The notes under the pieces are model-generated. The model was not told the DNA's origin. It ran no database searches and saw only the letters and a program-made list of their open reading frames with translations. This document shows positions 1 through 7,523 of a stretch of DNA of 40,794 nt, one piece after another. The position numbers and the translations under genes are program-made. Within the stretch, counting starts at the first letter, position 1. Each line of letters begins with the position of its first letter. The stretch is from a virus (Duplodnaviria > Caudoviricetes): positions 1 to 40,794 of IMG/VR virus record IMGVR_UViG_3300020352_000007; one strand, 5' to 3'.

Positions 1-123
1 CAAGGATCTGCTGGAACAAGCGGAACTTCAGGAACTTCAGGAACAAGTGGAACTTCTGGTGAAGCTGGATCACAAGGATCTGCTGGATCAAGTGGAACTT
101 CAGGAACTAGTGGAACGTCTGGA
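1..123 (+). repeat. Coding tandem (Gly-Thr-Ser)n / GSA repeat
   Basis: Repeated ggaacttca/ggaacaagt/ggaactagt 9-mers encoding GTSGTSGTS. Confidence 0.9.
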
Positions 124-1974
124 ATAGACGGATTAATCTCGGTAAATGCTTTATGTGAAGGCGGCGAATTAACAGGTGCGACAGATGTATATGTATTCTT
201 AGATAGCACCTCTGGTCCATACAGCCAGAACCAAGGTGCTGATCAAAATAGACCATTAGTATACCAAGCATTAAGTGAATGGCATGTTAATTACACAAAT
301 ACACACCCGGGATATACTGGTAGTCTTTATATTTGTGTTCCTAGTGGTGCAGGTACGAGGGAACAATGGTTGAAACAGCCAACTTTACTTATGGACACAG
401 ATCCTAGTGTGAGAACTTCTAACATAGTAACAACTGCAAATTCAAATGTACAATCTGATGCTGGTTGGATAACTTCTGGAAGTTGGACAGACAACACACC
501 TAATGGTCCAGTATCATACACCTGGACAACATCAGGAATTCCTACAGACTGGGACAATATTAATTATGTGCTACCGACTAGAATGTTCACTATAAATTTA
601 GTAAATGAAGCAAATGTAGAGTATCATGACACGAATATGACGGCGTCATTATTGAACCAACCGACTAGTTCCTGGGGAATAGATTATACAAACTTTGTAA
701 ATATGTATAACGGCCTTGATTATTTTGGAGGTATATTATACCCCGTAACCGAAGCAGTCCCAGGCGAAGATTCACAAATGTTGCTACACGGATATGCTGC
801 TATTACAGGACAGGATCCAATAAATCAAGCTGAGTTTCAAACTGCGCTTGGTCTTAATTATCAAAGTAGTATTTTTAGTAATTTTTTCTCAGGAACTGCA
901 GAAAACAAGTATGTAACTGATTCGGAAGCATTGACTGGATATAACTGGTATGGAATATTTGACAAACAAACTACTGAAGATGTAAATGATAATGATGCAA
1001 TTACATTTACCACTGCAGAATTTGAAGAAGACATAAACACGATATTAGATCCAGGTGGAGAAACAGGATCTTCTGTAAATGTATATGAATCTTATGTTGA
1101 TCAAATATTAACATTGAGAGGTTTTTACTCTGAAGATATTACATTTACCGTTAATGACGATGGTTGTATTGTTATGGATATCAACGATGGTTGTGAAGGT
1201 TGTACTTCAGGAACAAGTGGAACTAATGGAAGAGGTGAAAAAGGTGATAAAGGTGCAAAAGGTGAAAAAGGTGAAAACGGTGGAAGTGCACATACCATAT
1301 ATCAAGATGAATATGAAGGTGAAGGTGACCCGTTAAATAAAACAGATTGGTTAAACTCGCTAACTGGTGAAAAAGGTGAAACAGGCCCAAGGGGTGAAAC
1401 AGGAATTTCCAGTGATGGTAAGGACGGAAATCCTGGTACATCAGGAACTAGTGGAATATCGATAGCTGGTCCTAAAGGTGATCCTGGAGATTCAAGCAGT
1501 GGGCAAAATTCATATTTACTTAGATTAGAATATGATGCTAGTAATCATTTAATTGATGGTCCTGGTAATAGATTTATGACAGGTGTTGCTAATTATATAA
1601 GCGAAGGCGCTGTTGTTAATAGTGTAAGTATAAACACATCATCTGCGGTATACAGTATAAATGTAAGTTTCGCTAATCAATCAACTCCCCCTACTAGTAT
1701 TACAGTAATGGCATGGAACCCTGATTCAGAAAACTACGATTATCATGCATACAATACAGATGCTGGTCAACTAGAAATAGTTGGTGCTACTTTTACTAAT
1801 GATGAATCTGGACAATGGACACCTGATATATTTAGTGATTTTTCAAGCAGCTCTATTAACATAGATGTAAGGCAACAATATATCAAATATGGAAACGCAC
1901 TAGCATTTCCTCCACCTTCAAGATATGCTCACGCATACTTGATCTTTAATTTTGAGGCAATTAACGAAGAATAA
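1..1974 (+). CDS. 5'-truncated collagen-like/GTS-repeat fibre or surface structural protein, possibly with a degenerate vWA-like domain
   Basis: Frame 1 is open from base 1 (QGSAGTSGTSGTSGTSGTSG...) into the listed 370..1974 ORF, so 370 is not the true start. It has G-X-Y runs (GEKGDKGAKGEKGENG) and the GSAH...WLNSLTG spacer typical of phage collagen-like fibres. Confidence 0.75.
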   Translation, partial: QGSAGTSGTSGTSGTSGTSGEAGSQGSAGSSGTSGTSGTSGIDGLISVNALCEGGELTGATDVYVFLDSTSGPYSQNQGADQNRPLVYQALSEWHVNYTNTHPGYTGSLYICVPSGAGTREQWLKQPTLLMDTDPSVRTSNIVTTANSNVQSDAGWITSGSWTDNTPNGPVSYTWTTSGIPTDWDNINYVLPTRMFTINLVNEANVEYHDTNMTASLLNQPTSSWGIDYTNFVNMYNGLDYFGGILYPVTEAVPGEDSQMLLHGYAAITGQDPINQAEFQTALGLNYQSSIFSNFFSGTAENKYVTDSEALTGYNWYGIFDKQTTEDVNDNDAITFTTAEFEEDINTILDPGGETGSSVNVYESYVDQILTLRGFYSEDITFTVNDDGCIVMDINDGCEGCTSGTSGTNGRGEKGDKGAKGEKGENGGSAHTIYQDEYEGEGDPLNKTDWLNSLTGEKGETGPRGETGISSDGKDGNPGTSGTSGISIAGPKGDPGDSSSGQNSYLLRLEYDASNHLIDGPGNRFMTGVANYISEGAVVNSVSINTSSAVYSINVSFANQSTPPTSITVMAWNPDSENYDYHAYNTDAGQLEIVGATFTNDESGQWTPDIFSDFSSSSINIDVRQQYIKYGNALAFPPPSRYAHAYLIFNFEAINEE

Positions 1975-1978
1975 GATA

Positions 1979-1986
1979 GATATATA
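1979..1986 (+). promoter_or_regulatory. GATATATA motif, putative phage late promoter
   Basis: Exact motif that recurs in several intergenic spacers. Here it lies within a short inverted repeat TAGAT-ATATA-ATCTA (1977-1991). Confidence 0.5.
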
Positions 1987-2016
1987 ATCTAATATTACAA
2001 ATAAAAATGAATTAAA

Positions 2017-2637
2017 ATGGCAAAAACAATATTATCATTCGAAGAATATTCATCAAATCTAAAGAGAGCTGATAAGGCGTCTGAAGGAAATGCATTCGGA
2101 GCTGCAAGAGCAAAAGCAATCGCAGACGGAGAAGATGAATTTGAAGTAGACGGAGAAACCTTTAAAGTAAAAGACGTAAGCGTAGAGGACGAGAAAAACG
2201 CGGAAGAATTCGTAGAAGAAACAGAAGACGTAGAAGACGAAGAGTCTGACGAAGAGTCTGATGATGACGAAGATTCTGATGAAGAGTCTGAAGAAGACGA
2301 TGAAGACGAAGAGTCTGACGATGACGATGACGATGACAAATTAGAAGAAATTCTAGAAACATGTTCAGATCATTTATCTAAATCATATGAAATGGCAATC
2401 AAGGAAGCGGTTGATTATGAAGGTGATGATTATCCAGATCATACATTAGAATCTTATATGAAAGAAAACGCTGCATTAGTCGCTACACTTGCTGCAACTG
2501 CAATGGAAGAAAGTTACAGTGAAGTTAAAGATGAAGATTTAACTCAAGAAATGTACGAAGCGATGCTTAATGAAATGAAAGAATCATATACTAAGAAACT
2601 AGAAGAAATGAAAGAGGCGTGGGGAGCAGGAAAATAA
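2017..2637 (+). CDS. Highly acidic protein, possible prohead core/internal head protein
   Basis: 206 aa with a long D/E tract, an N-terminal MAKTILSFEEY and an EGNAFGAARAKAIADGEDEFEVDGETFKVK module. Preceded by GATATATA and followed by a terminator-like hairpin. Confidence 0.6.
   Translation: MAKTILSFEEYSSNLKRADKASEGNAFGAARAKAIADGEDEFEVDGETFKVKDVSVEDEKNAEEFVEETEDVEDEESDEESDDDEDSDEESEEDDEDEESDDDDDDDKLEEILETCSDHLSKSYEMAIKEAVDYEGDDYPDHTLESYMKENAALVATLAATAMEESYSEVKDEDLTQEMYEAMLNEMKESYTKKLEEMKEAWGAGK
2224..2337 (+). repeat. Low-complexity D/E-coding repeat (gaagagtctga units, gacgat runs)
   Basis: Directly visible. Encodes EDVEDEESDEESDDDEDSDEESEEDDEDEESDDDDDDD. Confidence 0.9.
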
Positions 2638-2664
2638 TTCAGGTATCATCGGATTAAACTTTTT

Positions 2665-2697
2665 AAAAGGTTCATGTATAATACATGGACCTTTTTT
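2665..2697 (+). terminator. Intrinsic terminator-like hairpin, possibly bidirectional, with TATAAT across its loop
   Basis: AAAAGGTTCATGTA-TAA-TACATGGACCTTTTTT: long stem with one G-U pair, T-run on the 3' side and A-run on the 5' side, just downstream of the acidic gene. Confidence 0.75.
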
Positions 2698-2710
2698 ATT
2701 TAAAGACAGT

Positions 2711-3217
2711 ATGCCTAGAATACCCGTAGACTTAATATACATGCAGATGGCTTATCAAATAGCTAAACTTTCTTATGCTAAACGTAAGCGAGTGGGTTGC
2801 ATTATTGTAAAAGATACACAAATTATATCCACCGGATATAATGGAACACCTTACAAATTTGATAACGATTGTGAAGAAGATCAAATCAGATACGTCGATA
2901 ACCCTGATCATCTAGAAATTTTAATAGAAAAAGGATATGAGTGTGAAGATGGTTGCTGTTCTAAAGAAGTAACTAAACGAGAAGTCTTACATGCAGAATC
3001 AAACGCATTGGCAAAAATTAGTCGTTCTACTCTTTCATCTGAAAGCGCAGATATGTACGTAACAATGTCACCTTGCTTTGACTGCGCAAAATTAATTATC
3101 CAATCAGGTATTGCAAGAGTATTTTATTCAGAAAGTTATAGAGACATGGCTGGAGTAGAATTATTAGAAAAGGCAGGTATCGAAGTAAAAGAAGTAATAT
3201 GTTGGAACGCAGAGTAA
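2711..3217 (+). CDS. dCMP deaminase (cytidine/deoxycytidylate deaminase family)
   Basis: VGCIIVKD..IISTGYNG, zinc motifs HAESNA and SPCFDC, and KLIIQSGI..V.Y. Confidence 0.93.
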   Translation: MPRIPVDLIYMQMAYQIAKLSYAKRKRVGCIIVKDTQIISTGYNGTPYKFDNDCEEDQIRYVDNPDHLEILIEKGYECEDGCCSKEVTKREVLHAESNALAKISRSTLSSESADMYVTMSPCFDCAKLIIQSGIARVFYSESYRDMAGVELLEKAGIEVKEVICWNAE

Positions 3218-4929
3218 GTGAAATTATTGATCATGCGCTAGGCGCTAATGTTTTTGGAAAAGATTTTAAATTTAGAAAAAATCAAAGAAATATAATTGAA
3301 ACTATATGTAACACATACATAGAGGATCCAACTTCTACTATCGTGGTCGATGCTCCCACTGGAGCAGGTAAGTCTTTAATTGCTATGTGGTCAGCACATG
3401 TTTTAAAAGAATTAGGAAACAAAGGGTATATGGTAACTAGTGACCTGAGTCTCCAGGATCAATATGAATCTGACTTTTTCAAATATGGCCTACGATGGCC
3501 TTCAATCAAAGGTGTTGATAATTATGAGTGTTCTGTTAACGGCTTACCGTTTTCATTAGGAGATTGTAAATTAAAAGGAATGGGCTATGAAGCTGCTAAA
3601 GAATTACCTTGCTATAATTCTTGTGAATATTTACAAAATAGATCAAGAGCTATTGGTCAACCCATTTCATTACTAAATTACTCTTTCTGGTTAATTCAAA
3701 GAAATTATGTAGAAGAGAAAATGAAAATAGAAGAACGCGAGGTTCCATTTAAACAAAGAAATTTTGTTTTCTTCGACGAGGCACATAAAATGGACGAAAT
3801 AGTACAGAATCATTTTAGCCCTAGAATAGATGTTAATATTACAGACAAACTAATGACTCTTTCTAGATTTCTATCTAAACATGGTTTATTAAGTACTAGT
3901 TTTACTAAAGGCCGAGTAAACTCATTGGTAAATGAACTAATGACAGGAAACAAATCAGAAGTATATAGTGCGATAGAGGAGTTTGATCGTATTCTTAAGG
4001 GATTAAATAGATTGCGCAAGGGTGCTAACAAATATGTTAAAACCAGATATGGTAAATCTACTGTTCCAAAAGATTGGCAAAAATCATTTGCTACCTTTGA
4101 TTTAATAAAAGACATGCATTGTAAGTTTGATGATTATTTAGAATTAATAACTAAAGTAGGCATTGATAAAATGGTATTAGATCAGGGAGAAACTGAAAGT
4201 AAATTCATGTGTGTAGAAGAAAGCTCAATGATTAAGAGATACTTACATGATCGTGCAGATTTTAAAGTTTTTATGAGTGCAACCATTGGAGATCCTAGGG
4301 CATTTGTAAAAATAATGGGCATAACTAATGCTAAATTTATTAGACTTGATAATAATTTCAACTATGATAAATCACCTGTAGTTTTTGTAAACAGACATAA
4401 ACTTTCTTTTAGAGAAAGAGAGACTAGTTTACCTAAAGTGATAAAAATATTAGATCAGATCATCAATAAACATAAAGGCCAACGTGGAATTATACACTGT
4501 GGATCTTATGATTTTATGAATTATATAAAAAGAAATTCTAAACATACATTTAGATTAATGGACTATGAGGGTTCTAAAGAAAAAGGAGATATGTTAGAAT
4601 TATTTAAAAAGAAAGACGACGCTATTTTAATGGGCCCTTCTTTATTAGAGGGATTAGATTTAAAAGACGACGTGAGTAGATTTCAAATTTTCTTTAAAGT
4701 ACCATATCCACATTTAGGTAATCCATTAATTAAAGCTAAAATGCAAACTTCTAATGAATGGTATGATTGGAAAACTGGAATTAGTATTATGCAAGGTGTT
4801 GGAAGATCAGTAAGATCTGAAGATGATTGGGCAGTAACATATGTATTGGATGCGTGCTTTAGAAGTCTGATAAATAAGAAGGGATTCTTTCCACCTTCTT
4901 TCATGGAAAGAGTAAAAACTATTAATTAA
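3199..4929 (+). CDS. DinG/XPD (Rad3)-family SF2 ATP-dependent helicase with Fe-S cluster motif
   Basis: Q motif (FRKNQ), Walker A DAPTGAGKS, four Cys after KG..NY (YECSVN..GDC..PCYNSCEY), DEAH, MSAT, EGLD and QGVGRSVRSEDD. Confidence 0.92.
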   Translation: MLERRVSEIIDHALGANVFGKDFKFRKNQRNIIETICNTYIEDPTSTIVVDAPTGAGKSLIAMWSAHVLKELGNKGYMVTSDLSLQDQYESDFFKYGLRWPSIKGVDNYECSVNGLPFSLGDCKLKGMGYEAAKELPCYNSCEYLQNRSRAIGQPISLLNYSFWLIQRNYVEEKMKIEEREVPFKQRNFVFFDEAHKMDEIVQNHFSPRIDVNITDKLMTLSRFLSKHGLLSTSFTKGRVNSLVNELMTGNKSEVYSAIEEFDRILKGLNRLRKGANKYVKTRYGKSTVPKDWQKSFATFDLIKDMHCKFDDYLELITKVGIDKMVLDQGETESKFMCVEESSMIKRYLHDRADFKVFMSATIGDPRAFVKIMGITNAKFIRLDNNFNYDKSPVVFVNRHKLSFRERETSLPKVIKILDQIINKHKGQRGIIHCGSYDFMNYIKRNSKHTFRLMDYEGSKEKGDMLELFKKKDDAILMGPSLLEGLDLKDDVSRFQIFFKVPYPHLGNPLIKAKMQTSNEWYDWKTGISIMQGVGRSVRSEDDWAVTYVLDACFRSLINKKGFFPPSFMERVKTIN

Positions 4930-4940
4930 AATAAAAAAAC

Positions 4941-5147
4941 ATGGGATTTAACAAATTAATGCTACCAGATGTAGAATATTTAAAAGAAAGTCTTAAAGAA
5001 AAAGGCAATCTAGAATTTGGAAAATATTGGTATAACAGATTTATGAAATCTGATGCTGTAATGGGTCCTTCAGAATCCCATGAGTTTCTTAAACAATTTG
5101 TAAAACATGAGTATAATGTTAGTAGAACAGATTCTTCTAGCGACTAG
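4941..5147 (+). CDS. Small hypothetical protein
   Basis: 68-aa ORF with an A-rich leader that fills the gap in a co-oriented gene run. Confidence 0.65.
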   Translation: MGFNKLMLPDVEYLKESLKEKGNLEFGKYWYNRFMKSDAVMGPSESHEFLKQFVKHEYNVSRTDSSSD

Positions 5148-5175
5148 AAAACTGTTTAGTAAAAAACAAGAAAAA

Positions 5176-5772
5176 ATGAGTAAAGAAAATTCAGATAAAA
5201 AAATATTTTATGTTTGGACTAAAACCGAAAGGATAGGACAAATCGTAGAAGTATCTAAGGAACAAAAAGACAGTAAATGGTTGGAGTTCACGGACGGAAC
5301 TAGATGTAATACATCTTTGGTTTCTGAAATGTTAATGAATGCTAAAGATGAAAATCAAGCAAATAGCATAGCTAAAGATTTTGGAGGTATTAATTTTTTA
5401 GTTAGTGAAAATTTAGAACAAGATGATAGCGAAATAGTAGACGCTAGTCCAGCTCGTCCACGACCTAAACCTATACGACCTAGAAAAAACGAGTCAGAGC
5501 AAGAGCCTATTAATGTGATGTTAGAAATGCTTAGAAAAATGAGCACTAAAAACAAAGCAGATATGCCGGTAAGTGTAAATATTCCATCGAAAGAAGTTTA
5601 TGACTTGTTAAAAGATCAAATGGACACTACCAAAAAAGAATTAAATTCTCAAATCGGAGAGCTCGTAGAAAGTCAGATAGATAACTTAAGAGAGCAATTA
5701 AAAGAACAAATAGAATCATTCATTATTAATTATTACAACAATGGCAGAACAGACGACACAACCAATTCCTAA
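5176..5772 (+). CDS. Hypothetical protein (start more likely 5176 than the track's 5107)
   Basis: ATG at 5176 follows an A-rich leader and avoids a 41-nt overlap with the previous gene. The C-terminus is helical/coiled-coil-like. Confidence 0.7.
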   Translation: MSKENSDKKIFYVWTKTERIGQIVEVSKEQKDSKWLEFTDGTRCNTSLVSEMLMNAKDENQANSIAKDFGGINFLVSENLEQDDSEIVDASPARPRPKPIRPRKNESEQEPINVMLEMLRKMSTKNKADMPVSVNIPSKEVYDLLKDQMDTTKKELNSQIGELVESQIDNLREQLKEQIESFIINYYNNGRTDDTTNS

Positions 5773-6133
5773 TCGCAGGCAAAGAAGAGCGATGTTAAAG
5801 CAACAAGGTGTTTTAAAATACCTAAGTAAATTACCATATATGCATGAAACTAGAATTAATTTTCGTGCAAATAATTTAGCAACTGGTAAACAAATGCACC
5901 AAAATAATGTTGATAGAATAGAAAAAGAAAACGCAAGTAGACTAGAAGCTATTTTAGAAAAAGCAAAATTAGAATGGGCAAGCCAAGGATGGGATGCTAA
6001 AGAAATAGAATTGCTTGAAGAAGCATGGGCTTTAACAACTGTTAAAGATAAAGAAACATACAGAGAAGACAAAAAGAAGGCTAAGTCTTTAAGAAAGGAA
6101 GCAAACGCATTGCGAGCTTCTAGAACCAAATAA
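5741..6133 (+). CDS. Basic helical hypothetical protein with NRRQRR motif
   Basis: 130-aa ORF, K/R-rich, A-rich leader. Confidence 0.7.
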   Translation: MAEQTTQPIPNRRQRRAMLKQQGVLKYLSKLPYMHETRINFRANNLATGKQMHQNNVDRIEKENASRLEAILEKAKLEWASQGWDAKEIELLEEAWALTTVKDKETYREDKKKAKSLRKEANALRASRTK

Positions 6134-6143
6134 ATATAAAATA

Positions 6144-6467
6144 GTGATAAGCATAACACTAGAACCAGCAGATAATGGCCTAATTAAGTTTTTACTTGAT
6201 GATAATGTAAACGGGGGTGGAGAAGAATTTACATCTAGAACTGTTTATGAATTTGAAGGCGCCAATAAAAGAAAAAATCAAGTTAAATTTGTAAAAGATT
6301 TAATACTAGATCTTGGAATAGATTCTGGTACAGCCCTTGATAAAGATCAGTTAGTGATCAACTCACAGTGGGGTGCTAGCTATGAACCAACCAAACAAGA
6401 AATAAAAAATAAGATATCTTTCTACGAAGCTGAAATAAAAAGATTATCTTCCCAATTAGAAAGATGA
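6144..6467 (+). CDS. Hypothetical protein (GTG start)
   Basis: 107-aa ORF whose stop overlaps the next start (ATGA). Confidence 0.7.
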   Translation: MISITLEPADNGLIKFLLDDNVNGGGEEFTSRTVYEFEGANKRKNQVKFVKDLILDLGIDSGTALDKDQLVINSQWGASYEPTKQEIKNKISFYEAEIKRLSSQLER

Positions 6468-6877
6468 ATTTAAAAGTAGAAGGAGTGTGGTGTAAGACAA
6501 GAACTGAGTTTGATAAATTATCAAAGAAAGATAATTATGATTTGACCATTTCTTATTTTGACGTTTTTAATCGACTGGTTAAAAGCGACCCATTTAACTC
6601 TGAGCCGTCAGGAACTATCGTGACACTTTATATTCGTAAGATGATTCAAAAGGTTCTTTCTTCTATTGAAGAAGAAGACATAGAAACTGCCGAAATTAAA
6701 ATTCTTTATATGTTTAAGAATTTAAACTCTGAAACTATTGTTAATTTTAGAGATTTTGTAAATGAACTTGCAAACACAAAATGTGATTTAGATCTAATTA
6801 TTATTAATCGCTGTGATTACCCAAAAAAAGGTGTATTAAGCAAGTTTGATAATGTTAGATTTATAGACAATGATTAA
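6464..6877 (+). CDS. Hypothetical protein, possibly a degenerate P-loop kinase-like fold
   Basis: 137-aa ORF coupled to both neighbours. Alternating strand/helix pattern but no intact Walker A. Confidence 0.65.
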   Translation: MNLKVEGVWCKTRTEFDKLSKKDNYDLTISYFDVFNRLVKSDPFNSEPSGTIVTLYIRKMIQKVLSSIEEEDIETAEIKILYMFKNLNSETIVNFRDFVNELANTKCDLDLIIINRCDYPKKGVLSKFDNVRFIDND

Positions 6878-7469
6878 ACACCCTCTTTTTTCTAAGGGTG
6901 ATCAAATACATGCCCTTATTTCTACAACACATAAGCCCGATATTTTATTTCCTGTTCGGGCTACTATCTATGATGTTAAATTTCATGATATAAATCCACA
7001 ATACCAAATTAGAATTAAAAAATTCTATGATGACATATATTTCTTAAAAAAGAATATGTTTGGAGGAAGATTTATTAAGAATTTTGAAGGTAAAGATACC
7101 AAGATAAATTTAAAAAGAGGCAACTATTCTACTATAGAAGATGTAGAAAATTTAATATTTAATGGAGATAAATGGAAACAATATTTAATATTGGTAGATT
7201 CTGTTTTCTGTGTACGCACCCGAGCTGAACAGTTAGATCTGTTTAGCAAAATACAGACATTTCATATAGAACTTAAGTTAAAAGAACTATTTGAACTGGC
7301 TAATCGGAGTAACTATAAGGGTGGTAGGTATTATTGGCACACAAAAGGTGAATATATAAAATCTCTAGAAAAATTCTTAGGAAATAGATACGATGATAGC
7401 GATAAATGGGCTGAAAATCTTCTATATAGACCTGAAACCGACGAAATGGATGATGTTGAATGGGTCTAA
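6870..7469 (+). CDS. Hypothetical protein, N-terminus SH3/KOW-like
   Basis: 199-aa ORF. FSKGDQIHAL...RATIYDVK...YQIRI resembles a small beta-barrel pattern. Confidence 0.7.
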   Translation: MIKHPLFSKGDQIHALISTTHKPDILFPVRATIYDVKFHDINPQYQIRIKKFYDDIYFLKKNMFGGRFIKNFEGKDTKINLKRGNYSTIEDVENLIFNGDKWKQYLILVDSVFCVRTRAEQLDLFSKIQTFHIELKLKELFELANRSNYKGGRYYWHTKGEYIKSLEKFLGNRYDDSDKWAENLLYRPETDEMDDVEWV

Positions 7470-7494
7470 TATATTAACGTAATATATTTACGAT

Positions 7495-7502
7495 GATATA
7501 TA
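7495..7502 (+). promoter_or_regulatory. GATATATA motif, putative late promoter of the baseplate operon
   Basis: Exact motif 21 nt before the 7524 start, in the 3' arm of an imperfect hairpin (about 7469-7501, core CGTAA/TTACG). Confidence 0.5.
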
Positions 7503-7523
7503 TAAAAAACAAATTAACATTAC

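Noticed and set aside
370-372. TTG start proposed for the first ORF
   Set aside because: The frame is open from base 1, so the real start lies upstream of the window.
1-2337. Tandem repeats as a possible CRISPR array or DGR repeat pair
   Set aside because: The repeats are in-frame coding triplet multiples without unique spacers. No cas or reverse transcriptase gene, and no TR/VR pair, was seen.
5145-5147. Possible stop-codon reassignment (TAG or TGA) as in some large Bacteroidota phages
   Set aside because: The standard code already gives long intact genes at very high density. Reading through this TAG would add only a few residues.
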